Part shown: positions 29,337 to 37,539 of the stretch, piece after piece
Numbering within the stretch: position 1 is the stretch's first letter
Layout: every line of letters begins with the position of its first letter
DNA from: an uncultured Kofleriaceae bacterium
GTDB lineage: Bacteria; Myxococcota_A; Polyangia; Haliangiales; Haliangiaceae
Reading direction: 5' to 3'
Length of the DNA: 64,000 nucleotides
NCBI GenBank assembly: GCA_964419605.1
Contig: CAYQQM010000001.1
Coordinates: 51,620 to 115,619 of the forward strand
Made by a program: the position numbers and the translations under genes
The notes under the pieces: model-generated
The model's input: only the letters and a program-made list of their open reading frames with translations
Databases searched by the model: none
Told to the model about the DNA's origin: nothing

Positions 29337-30142
29337 CTACATCTCCAACCGCGACCGAATCCACTCACTACGTTCCAGCATACGACATCGCATTTGAGCG
29401 CGTTCGCGGTAGGCGTGCCGTTGTCATTCCGGTGATCAACGAAGGCGACCGCATTCACAGCCAGTTGAAGCGAATGCAAGGGCTACGAATTCAGGAGCTG
29501 GCCGATACGATTCTCGTCGATGCTGGCAGCACAGACGGCTCGACAGAAGCTTCCGCGCTGCAGCCTCTCGGAGTCGCCACGCTACTAATAAAGACCGGCC
29601 CGGGCCGGCTCAGCGCGCAACTTCAGTGCGCCTACGATTTCTGTTTGCTCCGCGGCTACGAGGAAATTGTTACGATCGACGGAAACAACAAAGACGACCC
29701 GGATGCGATCCCCGAGTTCTTTGCGAAACTTGCCGACGGGTACGATTTCATTCAAGCATCGCGGTTTGTTCCGGGTGGCGTCGCCGAAAATACGCCTTTT
29801 GTCCGTACGGTCGCGATCCGATACATTCATGCGCCTTTGCTGAGTACCTCATCAGGGTTTCACTGGACGGATACAACCCAAGGATTTCGCGGATACCGAG
29901 CCTCGCTGTTGCGCGACCCGCGCCTGGCAATTTTTCGCGACGTGTTTCAAAAGTACGAACTGCTGTTCTACTTGTCGTATGCGGCGCCCAAGCTGGGATT
30001 TCGTTGCATTGAACTTCCAACGGCGCGGCGATATCCACCCGATACCGTGCCGACGAAAATCGCTGGGTTGCGCGGGTACGGGGAGCTCATGGTGGCCCTT
30101 GGAAAGGTCTGCATGGGCCGCTTCGGACCGCTTGCCGCGTAG
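29333..30142 (+). CDS. Family-2 glycosyltransferase (soluble, DPM1-like)
   Basis: AVVIPVINEGDRI, ILVDAGSTDGS, IVTIDGNNKDDP (DxD-like region), QGFRGY. Confidence 0.8.
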   Translation: MTTSPTATESTHYVPAYDIAFERVRGRRAVVIPVINEGDRIHSQLKRMQGLRIQELADTILVDAGSTDGSTEASALQPLGVATLLIKTGPGRLSAQLQCAYDFCLLRGYEEIVTIDGNNKDDPDAIPEFFAKLADGYDFIQASRFVPGGVAENTPFVRTVAIRYIHAPLLSTSSGFHWTDTTQGFRGYRASLLRDPRLAIFRDVFQKYELLFYLSYAAPKLGFRCIELPTARRYPPDTVPTKIAGLRGYGELMVALGKVCMGRFGPLAA

Positions 30143-30176
30143 TGCGGCCACCTAATTTCGCATGCTACGCTAGGCA

Positions 30177-31073
30177 GTGTCGCAACTCCGATTTAGTCGC
30201 CGAGCGCTTCTGAAAGGCCTCGCGATGTTTGGGGTGACAGGGCTAAGCAGTTGTACCGATCGCGTACCGCTTCGGATCTCGCTGTCGCAGTGGTCGTTCC
30301 ATCGAGCATTTTTGAACGGCTCGATCAACGTTGTTGATTTTCCCGCCTTCGCTCAGGAACAATACGCAATCGGGTTCATCGACTACGTCAATACGCTGCT
30401 CGGCAGCAACCCGGACATGGCTAGGCGAGCGGCAGAACTCGCGCGGGCCTCGGCCGACGCGGGAGTCCAGAATCAAGTGCTGATGATCGACGAAGAAGGC
30501 CTTCTAGGCGATCCGGATCCATCGCGACGCGCGCAGTCCGTAGACAACCATCTCCGGTGGTGGGACGTTGCAGATGCCATCGGCTGTCGCTACATGCGCG
30601 TGAACGCGCATTCAAGCGGATCCGACACAGAGCAGCTCGAGCTGTGCCGCGACGGTATCTCCACATTGATCGACCGCGGCGAAGGCCGGCCAAGCACACT
30701 GTTGATTGAGAATCATGGAGGGCTGTCGTCTCGGGCGGACTGGATTGTGTCGCTCGTCGAGTCGCTTCCATCGTCTCGGTGCGCATTGATGACCGACTTC
30801 AACAACTTCGAATATGCTGCTGGGCAAGTCTATGATCGGTATCTCGGCGTCCAGCAGATGATGCCGTTTACACGCGTCGTTAGCGCCAAATCGTTCGACT
30901 TCGATCAAGAGGGAAGCGAGACCACGATCGATTTTGCGCGCATGTTTGACATCATTCGCAACTTCGCGCTGGAAGGAGCCGTGAGCGCGGAATACGAAGG
31001 CGCACGGCTGAGCGAGTCCGACGGGGCCGGGGCAACGGTCAAGCTGCTGCGGCAGCTTGTTGCCGGCTCATGA
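30177..31073 (+). CDS. Tat-signal-bearing TIM-barrel protein (sugar-phosphate isomerase/epimerase-like), probably periplasmic
   Basis: N-terminus MSQLRFSRRALLKGLAMFGVTGLSSC (twin-arginine motif plus a possible lipobox), followed by xylose-isomerase-like TIM-barrel segments (YMRVNAHS, LLIENHGG). Confidence 0.7.
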   Translation: MSQLRFSRRALLKGLAMFGVTGLSSCTDRVPLRISLSQWSFHRAFLNGSINVVDFPAFAQEQYAIGFIDYVNTLLGSNPDMARRAAELARASADAGVQNQVLMIDEEGLLGDPDPSRRAQSVDNHLRWWDVADAIGCRYMRVNAHSSGSDTEQLELCRDGISTLIDRGEGRPSTLLIENHGGLSSRADWIVSLVESLPSSRCALMTDFNNFEYAAGQVYDRYLGVQQMMPFTRVVSAKSFDFDQEGSETTIDFARMFDIIRNFALEGAVSAEYEGARLSESDGAGATVKLLRQLVAGS

Positions 31074-31251
31074 TCAGCAGCTCTGCGTTGCGCCGGACAA
31101 TTACTCAATCTATGGAGCGACCAAATTTGGACCTCGGAATTTGACTCCGTCCTGACCTCGTTGAAACGGCAACCCCGGGGCGCCTGGTGGGGCCCCAGAG
31201 AAACGCACCGCAACACCGAACTCGCGATACCACACGAACCGCCAAGCTGAT

Positions 31252-32376
31252 ATGGTCCGCGCCTTCGTGTCGGCCCCCGCTCAGCCTGGGTTTGTTCGTC
31301 GCCATGCGGTCAAGCTGGCGGCCTCCGTCCTTATCACGGCCGGGGTCGTGTATTCGGCTCACTCCGGAGGGCTGAAACTCGTGCCCAAGAGGCACGATTT
31401 CGAGTCGGTCCACTGGTCCGGCCTGGCGGTCTACGCGCTGCTCATGGTCGCGATGACGTGGTTTCGCGGCGTCCGATGGCGGTTTTTGCTGCGCAACATT
31501 GCGATCGTGCCAAAGCTGCGACTGCTCGCGATCTCGTTGGCCGGCTTTGCGGCGATCCTGTTATTGCCGTTTCGGCTCGGCGAATTTGCGCGCCCGTACA
31601 TGCTGCGCACTCGTTCGGAGGATCGCGCTAGCGGTCAGCCGGTCATCACGATGACTGCGGCGATGGGGTCGGTTGTGGCGGAACGCATTATCGACGGACT
31701 GTTCCTCAGTGTCGTGTTGGCAGCGGTGCTGCTCTGGGTGCCGACCGTTCAGCCGCTTCCCGCGCGCGTGGTGGGCCTGCCGATTTCTGTTGCGAGTGTG
31801 CGGGCTATGGGCTTTGCCATGCTCGGATTGTTTGCGGTCGCGTTCGTTACCATCGCGGTGTTCTATTTCGCGCGCGAATGGGCACGGCGGGTCACGCACA
31901 CCGTGTTCGGCGTTGTATCCCAAAAGCTTGGTGACAAACTGGCGGATTTCGCCACCAACCTTGCCGATGGGCTACACGTATTCGGTCGCGCGCGAGACTT
32001 TGCCGGCTTTCTGGCCGAAACGGCCGCCTACTGGGGACTCAACGCGCTGGGATTCTGGATCTTGGCGATCAGTTGCGGCGTAGTTCATGCCGACGGCTCC
32101 TACATCACGTTTCCCGAGGCGTGCACGCTGATGGGGATGCTGGGCGCAACGATTCTCATCCCCGGTCCCCCTGGGCTGCTCGGAGTGTTTCAAGCGGGGA
32201 TTTACGCGGGAATGACGTTCTATTTTCCAACCAGTGTCGTGACAGGACCCGGTTCGGCGTACATCTTCTTGATGTACGCAACCCAGCTCATTCTTACCGT
32301 CGTCTTGGGTGCTTGGGGCGTATGGTATCAAGGTGGAGCGCAACGGCTGCGCAACGCCTTAGAAGCGCCGAGCTAG
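31252..32376 (+). CDS. Lysylphosphatidylglycerol-synthase-TM-region / flippase-like membrane protein (UPF0104-type)
   Basis: 374 aa with about 8 TM helices. The motif RWRFLL...LLPFRLGEFARPYML is characteristic of that family as I recall it. Confidence 0.65.
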   Translation: MVRAFVSAPAQPGFVRRHAVKLAASVLITAGVVYSAHSGGLKLVPKRHDFESVHWSGLAVYALLMVAMTWFRGVRWRFLLRNIAIVPKLRLLAISLAGFAAILLLPFRLGEFARPYMLRTRSEDRASGQPVITMTAAMGSVVAERIIDGLFLSVVLAAVLLWVPTVQPLPARVVGLPISVASVRAMGFAMLGLFAVAFVTIAVFYFAREWARRVTHTVFGVVSQKLGDKLADFATNLADGLHVFGRARDFAGFLAETAAYWGLNALGFWILAISCGVVHADGSYITFPEACTLMGMLGATILIPGPPGLLGVFQAGIYAGMTFYFPTSVVTGPGSAYIFLMYATQLILTVVLGAWGVWYQGGAQRLRNALEAPS

Positions 32377-32410
32377 CGCTACCCAAGCAAAAGAATTTAT
32401 TGTAATAAAT

Positions 32411-32440
32411 ACACCCTATAGGTGTATACTCCTATAGGTG
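32411..32440. promoter_or_regulatory. Candidate operator: two copies of the 8-bp palindrome CCTATAGG, 16 bp apart, preceded by an A/T-rich stretch
   Basis: CCTATAGG(TG) occurs at 32415-32424 and 32431-32440. The second copy overlaps the GTG start of the toxin gene. TTATTGTAATAAATAC lies just upstream. Confidence 0.4.
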
Positions 32441-32707
32441 CTTCGTCAGGTCGCTCTGAGCAAGCTCGTGCAAAAGCAGATTCGACGGCTGCCGAGCCAC
32501 ATTGTCGATTCGCTGCTTATGTGGGTCGACGACGTCGAAGAACGTGGAGTCGCGGAAGTAAGGAAAGTACCTGGATACCACGACGAACCACTGAAGGGCG
32601 AACGCAGTGGCGAAAGGTCGATCCGGCTCAATCGCAGTTGGCGAGCAATCTACGTAGTTCGAGGCGACGAGATCCTCGTGAAGGAAGTTACCCATCATGT
32701 CTACTAA
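32438..32707 (+). CDS. RelE/HigB-type type II toxin
   Basis: 89 aa. The pattern KQIRRLP...PGYHDEPLKGERSGERSIRLNRSWRAIYVV...VTHHVY is typical of RelE/ParE-superfamily toxins. The toxin-first gene order is HigBA-like. Confidence 0.75.
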   Translation: MLRQVALSKLVQKQIRRLPSHIVDSLLMWVDDVEERGVAEVRKVPGYHDEPLKGERSGERSIRLNRSWRAIYVVRGDEILVKEVTHHVY

Positions 32708-33014
32708 AAGGCCGAAAAGTGAAGCTAGGAAAATTCTTGAGAAGCTGACCGGAGGGCCGTTGACTCTCGGCCGCGCGCTTCGAGCTATTCGTCTCGGAGA
32801 AGAACAGAGTTTGTCCGAGTTTGCGAAGATACTCAGCATCTCTGCGTCTCATCTTTCGGACATCGAACTCGGCCGAAAGACGGTGAGCGCGGAGCGCGCA
32901 GCGAAATTTGCACGGCGACTTCGCCGCTCGGAAGAGCAGTTTGTCCGTCTTGCACTGCAAGATCTTGTATCGCAAGCAGGCCTCAAGTTTCGGGTCAATC
33001 TGAACGCTGCCTGA
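32697..33014 (+). CDS. XRE-family HTH antitoxin (HigA-like)
   Basis: 105 aa. LRAIRLGEEQSLSEFAKILSISASHLSDIELGRK is a Cro/C1-type HTH. It overlaps the toxin stop by 11 nt. Confidence 0.8.
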   Translation: MSTKRPKSEARKILEKLTGGPLTLGRALRAIRLGEEQSLSEFAKILSISASHLSDIELGRKTVSAERAAKFARRLRRSEEQFVRLALQDLVSQAGLKFRVNLNAA

Positions 33015-33095
33015 CGAGCCTCATAGCGGCGCGCCTACCGACCCTGTAGTTTGGGCCATCCATCCTATCTTACAACGTATGATGACAGGTGCGGC

Positions 33096-34100
33096 TCAGC
33101 GCCGAGCTGATCGATCGATCCGGTAGCCGGACACCATAGCCGCGCCCCAAGCGTAGCCCAGACCTGCGATTTCACGCGGGCCCTCGGTCAGCAGAAGCTT
33201 CTGCGCGATCTGTCGCAACCGCGCCGGCGGCGTGGCACGCAGGATGTCGTCGGTCGAGGGCAATATCCGAGAGCTAGGGCCGAGATCAGGGCGCTCGCTG
33301 CGACCGGCCGCGAGGTTCTCGGTCATCTGCAACACGGCGGTCACCGATCGGCGCAGGCGATACCGCCGGGCGCGGGCCAGAAGTTCGTCGCGCTGGCCTG
33401 TGGTCAAACGCTGCCACAATCGATGCACGTCGAGGAAATTGATTGCGGGCACAGCGAGCTCGTGACGCGACGCGTGGACCATACACAACATCAGCTCGTC
33501 GATGCGTTCGAGGCGAAGCGCTCCACTGCCGCGATCATCCGGCGAGGTGCGCTCCCAAATTTCTCCCAGCGGCATCCGCATCCGGGTGCGCTGCTGAATG
33601 TTGCGGTGAAGTTCCAGCATCATGTCACCGCGACAAAACGCGATCGCGTGGTAGTGGTCGCTCAGCTTCCGAACCATCCCAACCCGTACAAACCCGAGCT
33701 CGGTCACGGCCTCGATCGCAATCGGTAGCTGCTCGAGGCGCACCAGCAGGTCGATGTCGTTCATCGGCCGCTCCGCCGGATCTGGGTATATCGTGCCGAT
33801 CAGCGACACGCCCTTGAGCAGAGCTGCGGACAGACTGCGCGTTGCAAACGCGGCAATGACCTTGCGCAGTGTGCGGGCGCGCCGGTCGGCCATGATCAAC
33901 GACGCAGCGTACTCCTGCCGAAGTTCGGCTACTCCGCGGGTGTACGCGATCGGGCCCATGTGCGCCGCCTTTACAAGCGCGATCGGCGGCGGCACCGATA
34001 GCGGTCGCTCCGCCATCACATCGGCCACAAACGCACGCATCTTCTCCACGTCGACCGGGCCGCAAGCGCCTAGGTGGGAGGGTTCCTCATCGGTGCTCAT
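33096..34100 (-). CDS. Uncharacterised nucleotidyltransferase (NTP_transf_5-type)
   Basis: 334 aa. LLKGVSLIGTIYPDPAERPMNDIDLLV...ELGF...LELH matches the pattern I recall for this family. Confidence 0.7.
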   Translation of the reverse strand: MSTDEEPSHLGACGPVDVEKMRAFVADVMAERPLSVPPPIALVKAAHMGPIAYTRGVAELRQEYAASLIMADRRARTLRKVIAAFATRSLSAALLKGVSLIGTIYPDPAERPMNDIDLLVRLEQLPIAIEAVTELGFVRVGMVRKLSDHYHAIAFCRGDMMLELHRNIQQRTRMRMPLGEIWERTSPDDRGSGALRLERIDELMLCMVHASRHELAVPAINFLDVHRLWQRLTTGQRDELLARARRYRLRRSVTAVLQMTENLAAGRSERPDLGPSSRILPSTDDILRATPPARLRQIAQKLLLTEGPREIAGLGYAWGAAMVSGYRIDRSARR

Positions 34101-34101
34101 G

Positions 34102-34132
34102 CGAGTAGGCTCTGCGCTAGCTCCAGCGCTCG
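34102..34132. repeat. 31-bp direct repeat, copy 1 (CGAGTAGGCTCTGCGCTAGCTCCAGCGCTCG)
   Basis: Identical 31-mer at 34949-34979, compared base by base. Confidence 0.9.
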
Positions 34133-34142
34133 GGTCCGTAGG

Positions 34143-34527
<385 letters not shown>

Positions 34528-34931
34528 GTAGACACCCTAACAGAATAGCAACTCACTCGGGTTTGCCGCCAGAGATTGCTTGCTAGAGTCAGTGCCGCTC
34601 AGATAAGCGTAAGCTAGTGAGTTTGAGACGATTTGCAGATCGAGACGCAATGCGTTTGACCTTGACGATGACCCGAACATTGACCTTGAGGCAACGTTCG
34701 ACTTCGACCCCACCGTGAACCTCTGCCTTGACGTCGTCGAGGGGGTGCAGTGGGCGGCGTAGGTCAACCGTGGGGTCATCGTCGTACGTCGCCGTCGACC
34801 TCATGGGCGGAGTCAAGGATCAAGTCAAGGTCAACGAATTGATACTTTCGATGTTTCACTTGACTTGCCCGCATTGTTGCTAGGGTCCGATGGGCGCAAG
34901 ATTCCGTAGAAATCGTCATTATTACAATGGT

Positions 34932-35744
34932 TTATATTTCTCCGGACACGAGTAGGCTCTGCGCTAGCTCCAGCGCTCGCTCGGGCGTTCGGGTGTGCAG
35001 CCGGTAGAGCGGCACGCCGGCAAGGGCCGGGCCGAGCTTTGGCAGGTCGCGATGGGTGCGATGGAATACGGCGGGCCACAGCGCCGCGAGCGCTTCGCCC
35101 GTCGATAGCCGCTGGATCGCGTCACTGGCATCCGGACCGTGTGCGATCGAAACGATGGCTGCGGTCGATGCTGTGCCGCGCCACATCTGGGATTGCGGTG
35201 GGTGAAACAGCCGAAATGTATTGCGCGGATGCGGGCGCAAAGGATAATCGTCGACGATGAACCCGAGAGGAGTCGCAAGGTCCGGATCTGCGACGTGCAG
35301 AGCCCGCGCGAGGCCTCGACAGGTGCCGTCTGAGCCGATCGCAACACACTCTTCGGACAGGTAGTGCCAACCGCGAGCGAGCAGTGCGCGGACCAGCGTG
35401 CTCTTGCCCGACCCAGACTCGCCAGCAACCACCATGGCGCGCCCGTCACCGGTAACCACCGCGCCGGCGTGAAACGCGATGTCGGCGGTGTACATCAGCA
35501 CGCGCGACACGAGATTGCGCTCAAACGCCGGAATCAGGTCGATCGGCTGCTCGACGCGAATCATCACGTCCTGCTCGAGCCAAACTTGTGGCGGCGGCCC
35601 AGCGTCGAGAACGTACCGAATATCGGGTGTCTTCGAACTGTCCGCGTAGGACCGCAGCACGCCCGCAAGCGGCGCCTCGACCTCGACCGCGTTCGTGGCT
35701 ACGCGAACCGAAACACCTAGACAGTCGACGACGCGGTGCCACAT
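34932..35744 (-). CDS. HPr-kinase-C-terminal-like P-loop protein (HprK-related kinase)
   Basis: 270 aa. HAGAVVTGDGRAMVVAGESGSGKSTLVRALLARGWHYLSEE is the HprK-like P-loop region. Confidence 0.75.
   Translation of the reverse strand: MWHRVVDCLGVSVRVATNAVEVEAPLAGVLRSYADSSKTPDIRYVLDAGPPPQVWLEQDVMIRVEQPIDLIPAFERNLVSRVLMYTADIAFHAGAVVTGDGRAMVVAGESGSGKSTLVRALLARGWHYLSEECVAIGSDGTCRGLARALHVADPDLATPLGFIVDDYPLRPHPRNTFRLFHPPQSQMWRGTASTAAIVSIAHGPDASDAIQRLSTGEALAALWPAVFHRTHRDLPKLGPALAGVPLYRLHTRTPERALELAQSLLVSGEI
34949..34979. repeat. 31-bp direct repeat, copy 2
   Basis: Identical to 34102-34132. It encodes ...RALELAQSLL at the 3' end of the HprK-like gene. Confidence 0.9.
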
Positions 35745-36007
35745 GACTCCAGGATTCCGTCCTGTACAAGCCGCGCGATCAGAGCCTGGACGTCGCGCTG
35801 CATCGCATCGGCACTCTGGTCGGGAAACGTTTGTGCAAAGGCATTGGCAACATCCGATTCTGTACCCTCATCGGCAAGCAGTTCGAGGACTGCGAGCGCA
35901 GCGGCGTTAACGATCACCGCCTCGGTGCCATCCGAACGAGCCACGACGGCATCGCCGTCGGGCAGCGCGCGAATGGCAACGTCAGGTCTCAGCCGCAGCC
36001 GCATCAT
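35717..36007 (-). CDS. PqqD-family protein (likely RiPP recognition element)
   Basis: 96 aa from the ATG at 36007, which overlaps the radical SAM stop (ATGA). MMRLRLRPDVAIRALPDGDAVVARSDGTEAVIVNAAALAVLELLADEG...DVQALIARLVQDGIL is a typical PqqD pattern. Confidence 0.75.
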   Translation of the reverse strand: MMRLRLRPDVAIRALPDGDAVVARSDGTEAVIVNAAALAVLELLADEGTESDVANAFAQTFPDQSADAMQRDVQALIARLVQDGILESCGTASSTV

Positions 36008-37158
36008 GTTGGCCCCCCTAGAACTACAAGGGCGCGCTCGGTGAGGCGACAGCTTGCACACTGAAGCCTCAGTTCAGGTTCGGCGGCTACCGGAAGTGCG
36101 TGTGTGGGCACGGCGCGACGGGTCGGCGTGCGGCCCAACAAATCGAGCAATGAGCCGTCGCGAACATTGCCAAGCACCGCAGCGCGCTGAAAGATACAGG
36201 GCACGACATCGCCGGTATACGTGACACATAGCTTTCCGCGGCGCGAGGCCATCGGTCCCGCTCCGGTGTGCGTGCTACCCGCGGGGTCGCGCATCGCCAG
36301 CGCTACCGCCCTACCCGCCTCGGCTACGGCCTCACCCCGGCCCACCGAGTAAGCTCGCGTCCAGTCGACCTGTTTCACACCGCGTGCATGCAGGTCATCG
36401 ACGAGGTCCTGGATGCCGGTCTGTTGGTCGATGACGATGATCGAAACGCGAAGCTCGAGCCCGGACCCGACCACGCGATCGATCGCCGCGAGGGTTCGGC
36501 GCTGGCTTCCCGGGGTGCGCGTGATTCGGTCGTGCTCGTTGGCATCGATCGAGTACATCGAAAACGCAAACGCGGGGCGGGCCGGGGCAAGCTGCGCGAG
36601 CAGGTCGCCATGCAGCGCCAAACCGTTGGTGTAGATCTCTAGGTGCGGAATGCCGCGCGCTCGGGCATGTGCCACAGCGTCGGGCAGAAAATCGCACAAC
36701 AGCGGATCGCCACCGGTGAACTGGATGCGGCGAAACCCCAGGTCCACGGCTTGGTCGATCACAGACAATGCGGTGGTGCGCTCGAGGGCCGCCTCAACCG
36801 AAGGGGCTGAGTCCGCATAACAGTGCACGCACCGCTCATTGCACCGACCGATGAGCTCGAGAAACAGCGTGTCAAAGCCATCCAGCCGAACCACGTCGAG
36901 CCGTGTCAGAGGTACCGAGGGCGTTGCGAGCCAGTCGGTCAGCTCTCCGAGCGCAGCGTGGGCGGGTGCCCATCGCGTTAGGGTCGAGGTTGGCGCTGCC
37001 TGTGCGAGCGATGCTTCGATCTCGGCGCAAATCGGCCCCTCGACGACCGCGCGCTGCCCCGCCTGGTTGATGAGCACGAACGCGCCCTGTCGACGCGCGA
37101 CCAGCCCGCCCGCTTCAGGAAAAGCCCGACCCAACGCGACGGCGGCCAGAGCGTGCAT
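36004..37158 (-). CDS. Radical SAM enzyme with a C-terminal SPASM/twitch-type auxiliary-cluster region
   Basis: FLELIGRCNERCVHCYA (CxxxCxxC), FTGGDPLL, and C-terminal KLCVTYTGDVVPCIF (C-x9-C containing GxxxxC) plus LQCASC (CxxC). The N-terminal extension of about 100 aa is unassigned. Confidence 0.9.
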   Translation of the reverse strand: MHALAAVALGRAFPEAGGLVARRQGAFVLINQAGQRAVVEGPICAEIEASLAQAAPTSTLTRWAPAHAALGELTDWLATPSVPLTRLDVVRLDGFDTLFLELIGRCNERCVHCYADSAPSVEAALERTTALSVIDQAVDLGFRRIQFTGGDPLLCDFLPDAVAHARARGIPHLEIYTNGLALHGDLLAQLAPARPAFAFSMYSIDANEHDRITRTPGSQRRTLAAIDRVVGSGLELRVSIIVIDQQTGIQDLVDDLHARGVKQVDWTRAYSVGRGEAVAEAGRAVALAMRDPAGSTHTGAGPMASRRGKLCVTYTGDVVPCIFQRAAVLGNVRDGSLLDLLGRTPTRRAVPTHALPVAAEPELRLQCASCRLTERALVVLGGPT

Positions 37159-37382
37159 TACCTCACCGGCGGGCAGCCTATAACGGGGGGACAGTTGTCA
37201 GGTACGCAGCCACTAGGACGACAGCCGCCGTTGGGCACGCAAGATCCTGCCGGCTGGCACCCCGCCTGCTCCAGCGTGATCACGCCAATTACCATCGGCG
37301 GAACGTACTTCGCCATCCGCAGGAGACGTCGTCGCCCTGGGTTCGCAAGCTCTGCACTCGAATCCTCGTTGTCGTGGGACAT
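37158..37382 (-). CDS. Candidate RiPP precursor: 74-aa peptide with a Tat-like leader and six Cys-x-Pro repeats
   Basis: MSHDNEDSSAELANPGRRRLLRMAKYVPPMVIGVITLEQAGCQPAGSCVPNGGCRPSGCVPDNCPPVIGCPPVR. Its TAA stop shares one base with the radical SAM ATG (TAATG). The start choice (ATG 37382) is uncertain: there is an alternative ATG at 37421, and the track ORF extends to 37562. Confidence 0.55.
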   Translation of the reverse strand: MSHDNEDSSAELANPGRRRLLRMAKYVPPMVIGVITLEQAGCQPAGSCVPNGGCRPSGCVPDNCPPVIGCPPVR

Positions 37383-37539
37383 GATCGCGTCTTGCGCTGG
37401 GTAGCGCCGAAAACGTCTCATGAAGGGAGCGCCCGCCGCAACCCATGTCAGTGGTTTTGAGCGGTGCGCGCCGCCGATCACTCTCGCTGCGGACTGCCCT
37501 GCTTTGGCGGCGCCCAAGCGCTGGGCTTGGCATGTTTCG

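Noticed and set aside
34589-34816. 75-aa minus-strand ORF in the A/T-richer part of the insertion
   Set aside because: Its K/V-repetitive sequence coincides with the TTGACCTTGA/GTCAAGG repeats, so it is probably a translation artefact. It is kept only as a note under the repeat finding.
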